DNA of 64,000 nt from Malacoraja senta (taxonomy: Eukaryota). The position numbers were made by a program, and so were the translations under genes. The notes below the pieces were generated by a model. It had not been told where the DNA came from. It did no database searches and saw only the letters and a program-made list of their open reading frames with translations. The stretch covers positions 6,510,001-6,574,000 of the forward strand of contig CM075988.1 of NCBI GenBank assembly GCA_038087875.1, given 5' to 3'. Positions 38,466-51,466 of this stretch are shown here, piece by piece; position 1 is the first letter of the stretch, and the number at the start of each line of letters is the position of its first letter.

Positions 38466-41400
38466 ACATTCACATTGTATGTATAGGGAATCCATAAGTT
38501 TGGATCCTGGGGAGAACCTGGAACTGCTAGAATGTCTTAACAACTCATTATCGAATGATCAGCATTTTTTTAATTAGGCAGGCTGAGCAAAAGCAATAAC
38601 TCTCAAATTCTGTAATAAAATATGAAGGGAGGAAAATAGGTAATGACTAATGAGTGATGCATTTGTAGCCAGTGCTTCTAAATGGTTGGCTGTCTTGCAT
38701 TGTATATACCTTTTTTCATAAATTATCTTTGAAGCTGAAGCGATGAGTATGGATTCTGCAGCTTTTTTAAGTTAAAGTGAATTCTGTATGTTTTGCTGTA
38801 AAACATTTTAAAATCAGTTTAATAAAATAAGTTCAAAAAAATAATGGACTAATTCAAGTGTACTTGCCTTGAGTAGCCAGTGTGTGGCATCGAATGACAA
38901 GAAAGAATTGGAAATGGATTTGTGTGAGCTTCATATTGGTACATGTCTTAGCCTGGCTATTGTGAATGATATTATAACGTTTGATGTATGATACCATTTG
39001 AAAAATATGTAATCCTGCAAATGTGATTACTTAAATAAAAAGTCTCAAAGCGGTTTAATGTCTGCTGTAATGCAGCAGTGTTTAGCGTGGTGATAAGGCA
39101 TCATTTCTCTTGCTCTGATCTCATTTTATTAGATAAGTGCCTGGATCTGGATTTCTGCTCTAACTTTCTTCACGTCACTCTACATTTGAGCTTCCCTTTA
39201 ATGTCTTCTTTCTGTCTTCAGTTTTGTCCTCTCCCTCACTAAAGGTAGTTAGTTTGTGTACTTGATGTCTTCTTTCTAAGTGAAAGTTGTCATTATTTGT
39301 GATCTCATTTTTTTTCCCTCAGTGCTTTTCTATTGTAGAAAAACCCACTCTGGTCCGCACTATTAATAAACATACGTGTCCCGTTACGTGAAAATGACAT
39401 TTAACATTTTTACGGTGTGAGCGTCAAAAATAGCACTGGTTTGATGGTGTGAACCATCACAAAAACTGGTTTTCCTTATTATCATTTTTAAAGTCTATTA
39501 ACCCTCTGTCTCTAATGGGATTGTGAAACTGGGACCATCTGGAGACGAGTCGTGTGTTGTGGATGGCACTGACCCCAGCTAAGAGACCCCCTCAGAAGGC
39601 AACTGCTTTCTGACGACCAACCCTGTTGTGTCAGTCGTAGCTCCAACTGTTAAAATTTCCAAATTATTCTGCAAAGTTGAAGTGAAATAGATGGAACAGA
39701 TGCTGAGGGGAAAATGAGGTACTCTTGTATGTTGTCTAGAGGTTTGGTCAGCTCTTCGGTGTTGCTTCCTAGATTCCATGCTCAAGAGTTCCAGTCAGAA
39801 GCAAGTAGTGCATAAAATGAACCCCCATATTTATGTCCTATGCATTGGTGCAACCCTTGCACAGAGAGAAAAAGAGGGATGTGTGTGTTCTTGTGCACAC
39901 ACGTGTTGAAAGCTTGGAACACCAGTGCTTTTGTGTTCATATTCTGTTTGTTGTCCCATCATATTTGGGTTCTCCCTACTGACAAGATGGCTCTTCCAGC
40001 AGAGACACAAGTATTTAAGCACACACAGCACCTTGCTCCCTGCAGTTTTCCTAAAGGATAAAGGAGAAGTGAATGGAATTCTTTCCTCTGCTAAGAAGCT
40101 GATGGAAAAGTTACCAACCACATAGCATTCGAGTCATTGATAGTCTGATGGCAAAGTTGAAAAGAGTGGGGAGAGTCCCGGTAAAATGGGGATTGTGATT
40201 ATGGATAGTAAAATGAGAATGTCGCAAGTCAGATCTGTATTTAATATAAAAGTAAATGTTACTTAAACTAGCAACTAACGTAGTTTTAAATAAATAATTG
40301 TTCTTTCATTTGGTTTACATTCTGACATCATTTTACACATACTTAAAATTTACTGTTTTCCCCATACTTAAAATGTACATTTTTCCCCATATTCTAGTAC
40401 AGAGATGATCAATAATGCTATCAGGATATTATAACCCTCATTGCAATAGGAGTAATTGAATAGAGATGTAGAACAAACATCTGGGCATATTTTTATTTTC
40501 TCCACAGAATACAGACTAACCACACTGCCCTTATTCATAATTCCAGTAAAAGTTTAAGGCTGTTTGGTTCACATCATGGATTGAAACCTTAATTCAGAGA
40601 CCTTGCTTTCTCTAACTATGGTTATTGAGTTTATTCCAAAGAAAGACACAAAATGCTTGAGTAACTCAGACGGCTTCTCTGGTGAGAAGGAATGGGTGAC
40701 CCTTCTTCAGAGAGGAGGAGAACTTCTACAAAGTAGGCATACCGTGCGGAGATTCCACAGTGGAGCAGACAAAATATATAGGAAGGAATTTGCAGGTGCT
40801 GGTTTACACCGAAGATAAGCACAAAATGTTGGAGTAACTCAGCGGGACAGTTTATTCTTGATTTTTCAAGTTCAACTGAACACTATGATCTATGATCAAC
40901 TGATAGTTTTGCTGAAAAGTTTACGTTAGTTTATTTTCTTTAAATATGGACTATAAAGTGACCAAAACATTAGGCATGTGTGTGTCTGATCCTAGGAATG
41001 GTAAGCACAGTGTACTGGATTTGAACATAGAGAATGGATTTCAAAGATTGAACAGCAATGATCTCATAACTCCCTATTTGGTGCTGAGATTTTCTTGTTT
41101 TGCATAATTTATTAAAAGTCCATTTCCTTGGTATGATAAAAAAATTCTTGCCATTTACAATGCAATTACATAACTGCAGTCTGATCTTCAGTAGAATCAC
41201 AGCTAGATAAACCGTTGGAAATATCAATGAAATGTCTTGTTTTTGTCAGCACTGTTCTATGGCACTTTCCATCAAAAGAACTAAGAAATAGTTTGTTCTC
41301 CTTCATTTCATCATACTCTCATGCCCACCCCCATTCTCCTTCCACTCACATACACCAGGGACAATTTACAATAGCTTATCAACCTATTCACCAGCAAGAT

Positions 41401-42215
41401 TTTGGCATGTGGGAGATGAGAAAACCAGAGCAGCAGGGGAAACATACTGTCACCGAGCAAGCATGCAAATTGCACACAAACAACACCCAAAATTGGATTG
41501 AACTAGGATTTCTGGAGGTGTGACGCAACATAGAAAATTGGTGCAGTGGTAGGTAATTTGGCCCTTTGAGCCAGCACTGCCATTCAATGTGATTGTGCCT
41601 GATCATCTAAAATCAGTACCCGGTTCCTGCTTTTTCCCCATATCCCTTGATTCCTTTAGCCCTAGGAGCTAAATCTAACTCCCTCTTGAAACTATCCAGT
41701 GAATTGGCCTACACTGCCTACTGTGGCAGAGAATTCCACAGATTCACAATTCTCTGGGTGAAAACGTTTTTCCTCAACTCAGTCCTAAATGGACTACCCC
41801 TTATTCTTAAACTGTGAACCCTGGTTTTGGACTCCCCCAACATTGGGAACATTTTTTCCCGCATCTAACCTGTCCAATCCTTTAAGAATTTTATATGTTT
41901 CTGTAAGATCTCCTCTCATCCTTCTAAATTCCAGTGAATACAAGCCCAGTCGACCCATTCTTTCATCATACGTCAGTCCCGCCATCCCGGGAATTAACCT
42001 GGTGAACCTACACTGCACTCCCTCAATAGCAATAATGTCCTTCCTCAAATTAGGAAACCAAAATTGCACACAATACTCCTGCTGCGGTCTCACCGGGACC
42101 CTGTACAACTACAGTAGGATCTCCTTGCTCCTAAACTCAAATCCTTTCACAATGAAGGACAACATACCATTAGCTTTCTTCACTGCCTGCTGTAGCTGCA
42201 TGCTTACTTTCAATG

Positions 42216-42402
42216 GTACACAAAAATGCTGGAGAAACTCAGCGGGTGCAGCAGCATCTATGGAGCGAAGGAAATAGGTAACGTTTCGGCCCGAAACGTT
42301 ACCTATTTCCTTCGCTCCATAGATGCTGCTGCACCCGCTGAGTTTCTCCAGCATTTTTGTGTACCTTCGATTTTCCAGCATCTGCAGTTCCTTCTTTAAC
42401 AC
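42216..42402. mobile_element. Palindromic Penelope-like fragment inserted in CR1 ORF2
   Basis: 15-bp TSD TGCTTACTTTCAATG at 42201-42215 and 42403-42417. Perfect inverted arms centred on 42290. Confidence 0.9.
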
Positions 42403-44147
42403 TGCTTACTTTCAATGACTCGTGTACAAAGCACACCCAGGTCTCGTTGCACCTCCCCTTTTCTTAATCTGACACCATTTCAGATAATAATCTGCCTTCC
42501 TGTTCTTGCCACCAAAGTGGACAACCTCACATTTATCCACATTATACTACATCTGCCCACTCACCCAACCTATCCAAGTCTCATTGCATCCTCATCGCAC
42601 TCGCACTCCCATCCAGCTTTGTGTCATCTGCAAACTTGGAGATGTCACATTTAATTCCCTCATCTAAATTGGTAATATATATTGTAAATAACGGGCCCCA
42701 GCACCGAGCCTTGCGACAAACCATTGGTCACTGCCTGCCATTCTGAAAAGGACCTGTTAATTGCTACTCTTTGCTTCCTGTCTGCCAACCAGTTCTCCAT
42801 CCATGTCAATACCCTACCCCCAATATCATGTGCTCTAATTTTGCACACTAATCTCTTGTGTGGGACCTTGTCAAAGGCTTTTTGAAAGTCCAGATACACC
42901 ACATCCACTGGCTCTCCCATATCCATTCTACTTGTTACATCCTCAAAAAATTCCAGAAGATTGATTCGTCAAGCATGATTTCCCCTTCATAAATCCATGC
43001 TGACTTTGACCAATCCTGTCTCTGCTTTCCAAATGCGCTGCTATTACATTTTTAATAATCGACTCCAGCATCTTCCCCTTTACTGATGTACGGTTAACTG
43101 GTCTATAATTCTCTCTCCCTCCTTTCTTAAAAGTGGAGTTACATTGACTACCCTCCAGTCCACAGGAACTGATCCCGAGTCAAGAGAACATTGGAAAATG
43201 ATCCATGATGTCCAGGGCCACCTCCGTGCTCTTTTCCCCCCCATCCTAATTAACCCCTTTGTCCTCCTCTGTTGAATTATAAATTTCTCCCAGCCCTCCT
43301 GTTTGCTGCTTCCTCTGGCCAAATTATAGGCCTCTTCCTTGGATTTAACACTATCCTTGATTTCCCTCATTAGCCGCAGTTGAGCTGCCTTCCCTGTTTT
43401 ATTTTTTTGCCAGTCAGGGGTGAACAATTTTTGGAATTCATCCATGCGGTCTGTAAATCTTTGCCATTGCATCTCCACCGTCAACCCTTTAAGTATAAAT
43501 TGCCAGTCTATCCTAGCCAATTCCCGTCTCATACCTTCAAAGTCTCCTTTCTTTAAGTTCAGGACCCTAGTCTCTGAATTAACCGTGTCACTCTCCATCC
43601 TAATGCAGAATTCCACCATATTATGGTCACTGTTGCCCAAGGGGCTTTGCACAACAAGATCGCTAACTAATTCTTCCTCATTACACAATACCCAGTCTAG
43701 GATGGCCTGCCCTCTAGTCTGTTCGTCTACATATTGGTCTAAAAATCCATCCCGTATGCATTCCAGGAAATCCTCCTCAGCACTACTACTACCAATTTGG
43801 TTGGCCCAATCTATATGTAGATTAAAGTCACCCATGATAACTGCTGTGCCTTTGCTACACGCATCCCTAATTACCTGCTTGATGCTATCCCCAACCTCCC
43901 TACTGCTGTTTGGTGGTCTATACAACTCCAACAAGCGTTTTCTGCTCTTGGCTATTTTGCAGTTCTACCTATACTGATTCTACAGCATCCAAGCTAATAT
44001 CTCTCTTTGGTATTGCATTAATCTCCTCTTTAGCCAGCAATGCCACCCCACCTCTTCCTTTCTGAATATTCTATACCCCTGCATGTTTAGCTCCCAGCCT
44101 TGGTCACCCTGGAGCCATGTCTCCGTAATTCCAACCGTATCATATCC

Positions 44148-45030
44148 CGCAGCTCCGCTCTTGCTCCCCCTCCCCCCATTCGTAACAAGGTCAGAGCCTT
44201 GTGCTCTCCTTCCACCCCATCAGCCGTCGCTTACAGCATATAATCCTCCAACATTTTTGCCACCTCCAACGAGATCCCACTACTGGCCACATCTTCCCAT
44301 CTCCACCCCTTTCTGCTTTCCGCAGAGGCCGTTCCCTCAAACTCCCTGGTCAACTCGTCCCCACCCAAACCACCCCCTCCCCAGGTACTTTCCCCTGCAA
44401 CCGCAGGAGATGCAACACCTGTCCCTTTACCTCCCCCCTTCGACTCCATCCAACAACACAAACAGTCTTTCCAGGTGAGGCAGAGGTTCACTTGCACCTC
44501 TTCCAACCTCATCCACTGTATCCACTGTTCCAGGTGTCAACTTCTCTACATCGGCGAGACCAAGCGCAGGCTCGGCGATCGTTTCGCTGAACACCTCCGC
44601 TCAGTCCGCCTTAACCTACCTGATCTCCTGTTGGCTCAGCACTTCAACTCCCCCTCCCATTCCCAATCTGACCTTTCTGTCCTGGGCCTCCTCCATTGTC
44701 AGAGTGAGGCACAGCGCAAATTGGAGGAACAGCACCTCATATTTTGCTTGGGTAGTTTACACCCCAGTGTTATGAACAATGACTTCTCTAACTTCAGATA
44801 GCGCTTGCTTTCCCTCTCCATCCCCTCCCCTTCCCAGTTCTCCCACTAGTCTTACTGTCTCCGACTACATTCTATCTTTGTCCCGCCCCCTCCCCTGACA
44901 TCAGTCTGAAAAAGGGTCTCGTCCTGAAACGTTACCCATTCCTTCTCTCCAGAGATGCTGCCTGACCTGCTGAGTTACTGCAGCATTTTGTGTCTACCTT
45001 CGATTTAAACCAGCATCTGCAATTCTTTCC
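44148..45030 (+). mobile_element. 5'-truncated Penelope-like retroelement (GIY-YIG endonuclease, Cys-linker/Neptune-type) inserted in CR1
   Basis: Frames 44201-44590 (...PSPPLSAFRR...PCNRRRCNTCPF) and 44475-44801 (FTCTSSNLIHCIHCSRCQLLYIGETKRRLGDRFAEH...HFN...RKLEE) give a Cys-rich linker plus GIY-YIG domain. TATCATAT direct repeat at 44138-44145 and 45033-45040. Confidence 0.9.
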
Positions 45031-45854
45031 TATATCATATTCCTTAACTATGAACTGCACATTCAATTCATCCACCTTATTACGAATGCTCCTCGCATTA
45101 AGGCACAAAGCTTTCAGGTTAGTTTTTCTTATCTGCCTTCTACCTTTTGCCTCTGTCCCCCTTTTATGGCCCTCTGTCTCCTTGCATTGGTTCCCATCCC
45201 TCTGCCCTGCTAGTTTAAACGTGACCTTTCCTACACTCTCTTTCCCGTTAACTGCACGCATACGCTTCCACGTTGTTGGACCCCCCCCCCTGTTTAGTTT
45301 AAACCTACCCGTGTAGCACTAGCAAACCTGCCTGCCAGAATGTTGGACCCCCTCCAATTAAGGTGCAACCTGTCTCTTTTGTACATGACACTCCTGCCCC
45401 AGAAGAGATCCCAGTGATCTAGAAATCTAAATCCCTGTCTCCTGCACCAACTCCTCAGCCGCACATTCAGATCCCCTATCTCCCTGTTCCTCCCCTCACT
45501 CGCAAGGCAACGATACCAAACCACCACAATGCTGTGCTGCTGCTATGTGCACAGGAGAATCTATAGTGGCGGAACCACCAGTATTGACAAAAATTCTTGT
45601 CCATCTAGAGGGAATGTTGCATTCAAAGATCACATGCTCCAGAGGCTCAGCAGAAGGATGTTGTTTATTTATTAAGGAAGCCAACAAGAACACTCTGATA
45701 CTAAATACAAGAATCCTTCATTTCAAGTCATGATAAGTTGACTCAGCACATTTGGCACTAGACTTGTCCAAAATAATCAGTCACCATGTCTCTTCTTTTT
45801 ATTTGTAAATTATCTTTTGTCATGTTAAGCAAACATATAATGTTAAAACCGAAA

Positions 45855-46090
45855 AAGCACAAAATGCTGGAGGAACTCAGCAAGTCAGGCAGCATCTCTG
45901 GCGAACATGGATAGGTGATATTTTGGATTGGGACCTTTTTCAGACTTCAAAATAGGCATCAGTTTAAAGAAGCATCCTATGACCTGAAACGTCACCTACC
46001 CATGTTTTCCAGTGATGCTGCCTGACCTGCTGAATTACTCAGCACTTTGTGTCTTCTTTTGTAAACCAGCATCTTCAGTTCCTTGTTTAC
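45855..46090. mobile_element. Inverted pair of Penelope-like terminal remnants
   Basis: cacaaaatgctggaggaactcagc...cagac, then ...cctgaaacgtcacc...ccagcatcttcagttcc. Confidence 0.7.
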
Positions 46091-48470
46091 ACTAACCCCA
46101 AAACCGATCTGCATTTGTGTTAAGAGATAGGGGAGAACCTTGACAAGAATTTGCAGCCGATGGAACAGATCCTCTTTGGCTCCCCAGTGGTTGTTTTTGT
46201 ATGATTCAGTCCTCTGCAGGCTGTCTCTTTGACCTAGAGATTAGAAAATGAAAGTATTAGCAACTTTTTTAATGGAAGATTAATATACTGAACATGTCCT
46301 GAGTGATTAAAAGGTTGCTTTTGTAGTGTGATTTATTTGGATGCAATAGGCTCTTAGGCTGATGTATATGTGTTTTTTTATGGCCTGAGGGTTCTGAGCC
46401 GTTTATTGGCAACGTGCCATGTCCAAATTGAACTACTTTTATAGATATTTTCCATTTCAATAATTCATTCCTGGTTAAAGTGGCTGCCTTTGGCTTGTTA
46501 ACACCTGCCATAGATTTGGGCTAAATTACCTCGTTCAAGATTGGAAACTTCTCTATTTATCGTATTCTCTCAACCTGTGTGAACTTGTTCCAGTATTAGA
46601 TTGCTTTAGTTTACAGGTAATACATATTTCATGATAAAGGGGAGAAAACATACATTTATTTTGATTAGACACCAAGTTAACTGCTCATTGTTGACCAAGC
46701 TTGTATACTTTTATTCAGTTGAACAGTTGAAGCAGTGCTAATTTTTAATGTTAAACCTATTAGATCATTGCTCAGGAACATGATCTTCATTACATCTTTG
46801 TCGGAACAAAAAAATGGGCATATTGCAGTTTAAAGGTACTTGTAGTTCCAGAATGTCAAAACTAGATATAAGATGCACTTATTTCACATTGGTGTCAAAG
46901 TGCTAGACACTTGTAGAAGTCAGCATTGACAGAGAAAGAGAACGTGAAAAAATAAGCGGAGGGGAAGACCGTAAGCTCCAAGCCTGTCCTGCATTTCATT
47001 AGAATTGTGGTCTATGTAAATTACCTCAATTCTACTTTTCAGCCCGATTCCCACAGACCTTTATTGCAAAAGAAAATCAATTTCAGCCTTGAATGTACCT
47101 CATGGCTTGATTCATAACTCTTCTCTGGAATTAATTCCAAACATGTGCAACCTTCAGAGAAGAAATAATTTCTCCCCTAAACGCCCTTCCTCAAATCTTG
47201 ACACACTTGCTCCTGGTTCTAAACTGCCTCACCCAGTCAAAACATTCTCGCACCATCTACCTTGTCAAGGCCCCTCAGAAATGTGCAAATCTCTATCAGA
47301 TCTGCTGTGTTTGTTCTAAACTGAAATGTGCAGGTCCAATTTTTCACTTTTTTACCTTATAGGGCTGCCCCTTGAACGTAATATCTTTTTATCTGATCAT
47401 TTATAATCGCCACTTGTGTTTTCAATACTCATGAGGCTAACACGTCTGTAGTTTCCTCGAATTTATTATCACATGCTGAATACTGTGAGATGCAGGGGGA
47501 GTGAAATTCTTGCTTGCACATAGACCCAGTCAAAGTAGTTGTTCGTGAACCTAGTGGCGTGGGACTGAAGGCTTCGGTACCTCTTGCCCAATGGTCAAAT
47601 CTGTTTCTGTCTTTCTTTATTTAACAGTGAAACTATATTTGCTATCTTCCAATCTGCAATCTGAAAAAATATATTTCCTTTCGTACACCAAGACTCAAGA
47701 TTATCAGATCCTGGGAAATTATGGGCTCTCAATACAGTTAATTTTTCCAACCCTATGTTGTTCACTAATATTAATTTCCTTTCATTCGCCGCCTTCGAGA
47801 ATCTTTGCCCCCGAACATTTTTGATCAATATTTGTGTTCCTCTTATTTGAAAACAGGAGCCAAATACTTGAGTAATTGCCCTGCTGTTTTCCTTTTCTAA
47901 ATGCAGAAGTCCGACCTACACTCACCTTCACTTTTTTATTTTGTACAAGTACTCGTATAAAAAAAATAGAAAATGCTGGGTACACTCAGCAGGTCAGGCA
48001 GCATCTGAGGGGAGAAATGATTAACGTGACACTTTTGGCAAAGGTTTATTGTCATACTCTTTGTTTTCTTAACCAATGTCTTTGACAAACTAAGTAGTCC
48101 GAGTATTGGTAGCATTTTAGCCTTCATCAAAGAAGGACAATCTTATTCCTTTTTGAATCAACACTTTTTTTAATTAGTGATGGTCGTATTAGTTATATTT
48201 TTATGTTTGGCAAGAATATATATTTTCTATAGTTTCTATATTCTTTCCATAAGCATTAACCATTGCAATGTCATCATTTTAGAAAATATATCTGCTGAGG
48301 ATTATAATTTTAACTCAAATTTTTAATTGGCTTGTATCATGTGAGAATTGCGCAGAGCTATCTGTTTTCTTCCGACAATTAACATTGCTTTTTCCCCCCG
48401 ACAGATTGTGCAGGTGTCTGTCCTTGCCTTGCTGCAGAACCTTACAGCCTTGCTTTCCTGACAAGGTGCA

Positions 48471-48546
48471 ATGGATCCAGAGACAGGCCTTCTGCATCCG
48501 GTATTCTGTGTAGGACTGACTATTCTTTTCTCGTGTATCAGGGCAG
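48471..48546 (+). CDS. CDON: CDON first coding exon: signal peptide MDPETGLLHPVFCVGLTILFSCIRA (exon begins about 48405)
   Basis: Acceptor tttccccccgacag ends at 48404, ATG at 48471, donor CAG|GTGAGT at 48546/7. 76 nt, phase 1, joins in frame to the next exon. Hydrophobic signal peptide resembles the vertebrate CDON N-terminus. Confidence 0.85.
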
Positions 48547-49844
48547 GTGAGTCACACAACCAGATGTGTCATTCTCAATATTAATATTTGTGTATGGCCT
48601 TTATTTCTCATTCCACACTGATAGAAGGAAGACCTGAGTCAAATACAGTTGCTTATCTTTCTCTCTTGTCCTTTCCTTTCTATTGTAATCTCATCAGTTC
48701 TCGAATTGTGGTTTCTAGTTCATAAACTAAGTTAAGAGATTAAGTTTCTTAAATTCTTTTCGTTTGCAGTATTCGCATTTGAGTATTTAACTGGTTAATC
48801 TGACATTTACACTTAAATGAAGGGTAACCCATTTACAAAATCACTGCACTCTTTATGTATAAAAGTATTTATGTAAAAAAAAGAAATTATTTCCAGAATA
48901 ACATTTAAAATGTATCTGAATGATAGTAAGCTCACTACCCGTAACCAAACTTCACAGTGCCCAACCTGTGGCTACATACACATAGCCCCAAGCTCTGACA
49001 GTCTTGTGTAAGTAACACTGTCCTATTTGTACATGTACATCTTATTCACAGAAAATCTGGAAATATTTATAAATTTCTCAAATGTACGCAACATGGAGGC
49101 CATTTTTTCCCTGTAACCGTTCCTCTAATTCCCCTAATTCTCCTGCCATTCATCATTTTCACTGGTGGCAATTTTTACAGCGGCCAATTATTGTAAACGC
49201 ACACATTTGGGATATGAGAGGAAATAAGGGTATCTGGAGGAACCTATATAGTCACATAAACAGCCTGTGGTCAGGATTGAACCACTGGTTCAGGCTGCAT
49301 TTATAAAAATGCAAGACCCGTTAATTATTTTTTTTATCTGTCTTCCAGTTTTTTCTCTCTCATTTCTTATTCAATAGCTTGTCCGATCTTAAAAATATTT
49401 GGTAGAGAAGTGTGTGTTGGTTTGGAAATGGGAATGACTCTAAATTCAGAATACCAATGTTTGTTCGATTTCTGTGATAATGGAAGACAAATAATCCTTG
49501 TGTGATTTCATGAATCCCTATGAAAATTAGTTTTACTGACACACGTGAGATCATTTGTACACGTGACAATAAACAGGTCTTGAAACCTTGAATCACAAAG
49601 TTAATTGATAGCTTCTTGTGTGGTCATGCAGACCCGAGATGCAATCCCACTTATTTTTAGCTGATCTCAGTTCCAGTTGGAATATGCACTAGATGATCTT
49701 GAGGTGCCGGTATTCCAGGTGTTTATCATGTTAATGATTCTTCTAGTCATTCCAAATGATGAAAATTTGCACCAGATCAGCAGGACTGTTGACGTCAGAA
49801 GATGGGGCAGTTTCTAACCAATCATCCTTATTCTTCCTTCTTAG

Positions 49845-50120
49845 ACATGGCTCCACACTTCTCAGCAGAGCCCCGCTCCACAATACAGAAACTAGGTGGA
49901 AGGGTTCAGCTTCGCTGTGCTGCAGAACCTGCCTGGACTTTCATCACGTGGCACTTCAATGGACAGAAATTAACAGATAGTGGCCAAAATGGAATAGAGA
50001 TCCGATCTGGATCATTGATTATTTCTAGCTTGCAGATGTCCCATGTTGGGAGGTACCAGTGCGTGGCAAGCAGTTCCTTTGGTGTTATAGTGAGCAGCCC
50101 TTCATTCGTTACCATTGCAA
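49845..50120 (+). CDS. CDON: CDON exon, Ig domain 1
   Basis: ttcttccttcttag acceptor, GTAAGT donor, 276 nt. Translates DMAPHFSAEPRSTIQKLGGRVQLRC...W...GRYQCVASSSFGVIVSSPSFVTIA, matching CDON Ig1 (APYFTSEP...QKLGG). Confidence 0.95.
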
Positions 50121-51138
50121 GTAAGTATTTCTCTGTAACTCCGAGACGCTTCTTTAAGCCTTTGACACGAGGTTGATGGGGGTTCTTGATTGGCTGATGT
50201 TCTTGATCTTTTTGGTCAGTTGTGCTTCAACATTCATAACTTGGGTATTAAGCAGAAAATCATCCGAGGGAAATCCCCAGTGTTTTCTTTAGATCTACCG
50301 AGTGCCAAACCACTCGTCTACCTTTATTGGGACAGAAAATTGGGGAAGATGTAGAAATAAACAATTTTATTTTGTGGCATATTTGATATATTAAGATTTA
50401 ATATTGATACATTTATAAGGGAAGAAATAAAATGTTAAAACTTCGGCGACTTCCTCGAAAGCCTTAATGGGCAATACACCTTGTGAACTGAACTAGCCCA
50501 GACTTGGAGACTGAAGTCAGTGAGAACAGTTATAGTTAACAAAGCAGGTCGGACTGTACAAAGGAAGCTGGTGAAGAAAGAACTAACTTGGAAATGACCT
50601 GTTGCACAGACTATTGAAGCAAACATTCTCTATCCAAAATGCGTCTCTGTCTGCATATTCCTCCAAAAATGTTTTGCTGTACATTCTGGAGACCTGGGTG
50701 TTTTTATCTCCTTCCCGTGGAGCAATCAGCCTTCTGGAAACATGCTTCATGGATGTATTAAAATTGTAATGGGCCCTAGATTTCCCTGAATGCTTCTTAA
50801 CCAGACCGCACAAGCAGGCTGCATAACAGGACCTACGGTCGATGCGAACCCCTCCTATCATATTAGTTTGACCCAAACATATTGGAAACATTAATAATGA
50901 GTGCTGGGGACTGTGGACAAACATGCAGAGGGCAGAGTTCAGGCAAAGTTGGAATGTAAAATTTCTATGATATTTGTATCTTCTTGGGCTAGACTTTTGG
51001 AAGCAGATGTTAACAATGCCAGGAGTCCTCCCATGCACATTCCTCCACATTCCAAATTGTAAAAAAACGGAGCATAGTATGAAACCTCGCATTTGGGAGA
51101 ACACTGCAATTTGATCCAAATGTTTTCCGCTCTCTTAA

Positions 51139-51466
51139 GGGCCTGTCCAACTTACGCGATTTTTTTCGGCGACTTGCAGGCACCCGTCATAGTTGCAGCA
51201 GGTCTCCGAAAATTTTCAACATGTTGAAAATCCAGCGGCGACCAGAAAAAGGTACGACTCTTTGGGCAACTGCTCACGACCATACAGGCTTCACCCCGCG
51301 ACATGTCGACACGTGACGCCTGTGCGGTCGTGAGTCGTGGCCAAAGAGTCGTACCTTTTTCTGGTCGCCACTGGATTTTCAGCATTTTGAAAATTTTCTG
51401 TGACCTGCTGCGACTATGATGGGTGCCGGCAAGTCCCTGAAACAATTGCGTAAGTGGGACAGGCCC
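51139..51466. mobile_element. Fold-back MITE, PIF/Harbinger (Tourist-like)
   Basis: Termini GGGCCTGTCCAACTTACGC / GCGTAAGTGGGACAGGCCC, TAA on both sides, and inverted symmetry across nearly the whole ~330 bp. Confidence 0.85.

Larger units (their letters stand above)
41527..45510 (-). mobile_element. Decayed CR1-clade LINE (ORF1 esterase end, ORF2 APE + RT fragments, 3' tail) with two nested insertions
   Basis: ORF1 end WCRRQGFRFLDHW...DRLHLNWRG. APE motifs LNARSIRNKVDEL, IMGDFN, ILDWVLCN, LGNSDHN. RT motifs VDVVYLDFQKAFDKVPH, QGSVLGP. C-terminus EYCVQFW...GLYSLEFRRMRGDL. Frameshifts and internal deletions present. Confidence 0.93.

Noticed and set aside
43080-43934. 284-aa ORF as a host gene
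   Set aside because: It is a fragment of CR1 ORF2 (APE and linker) with frameshifts and deletions.
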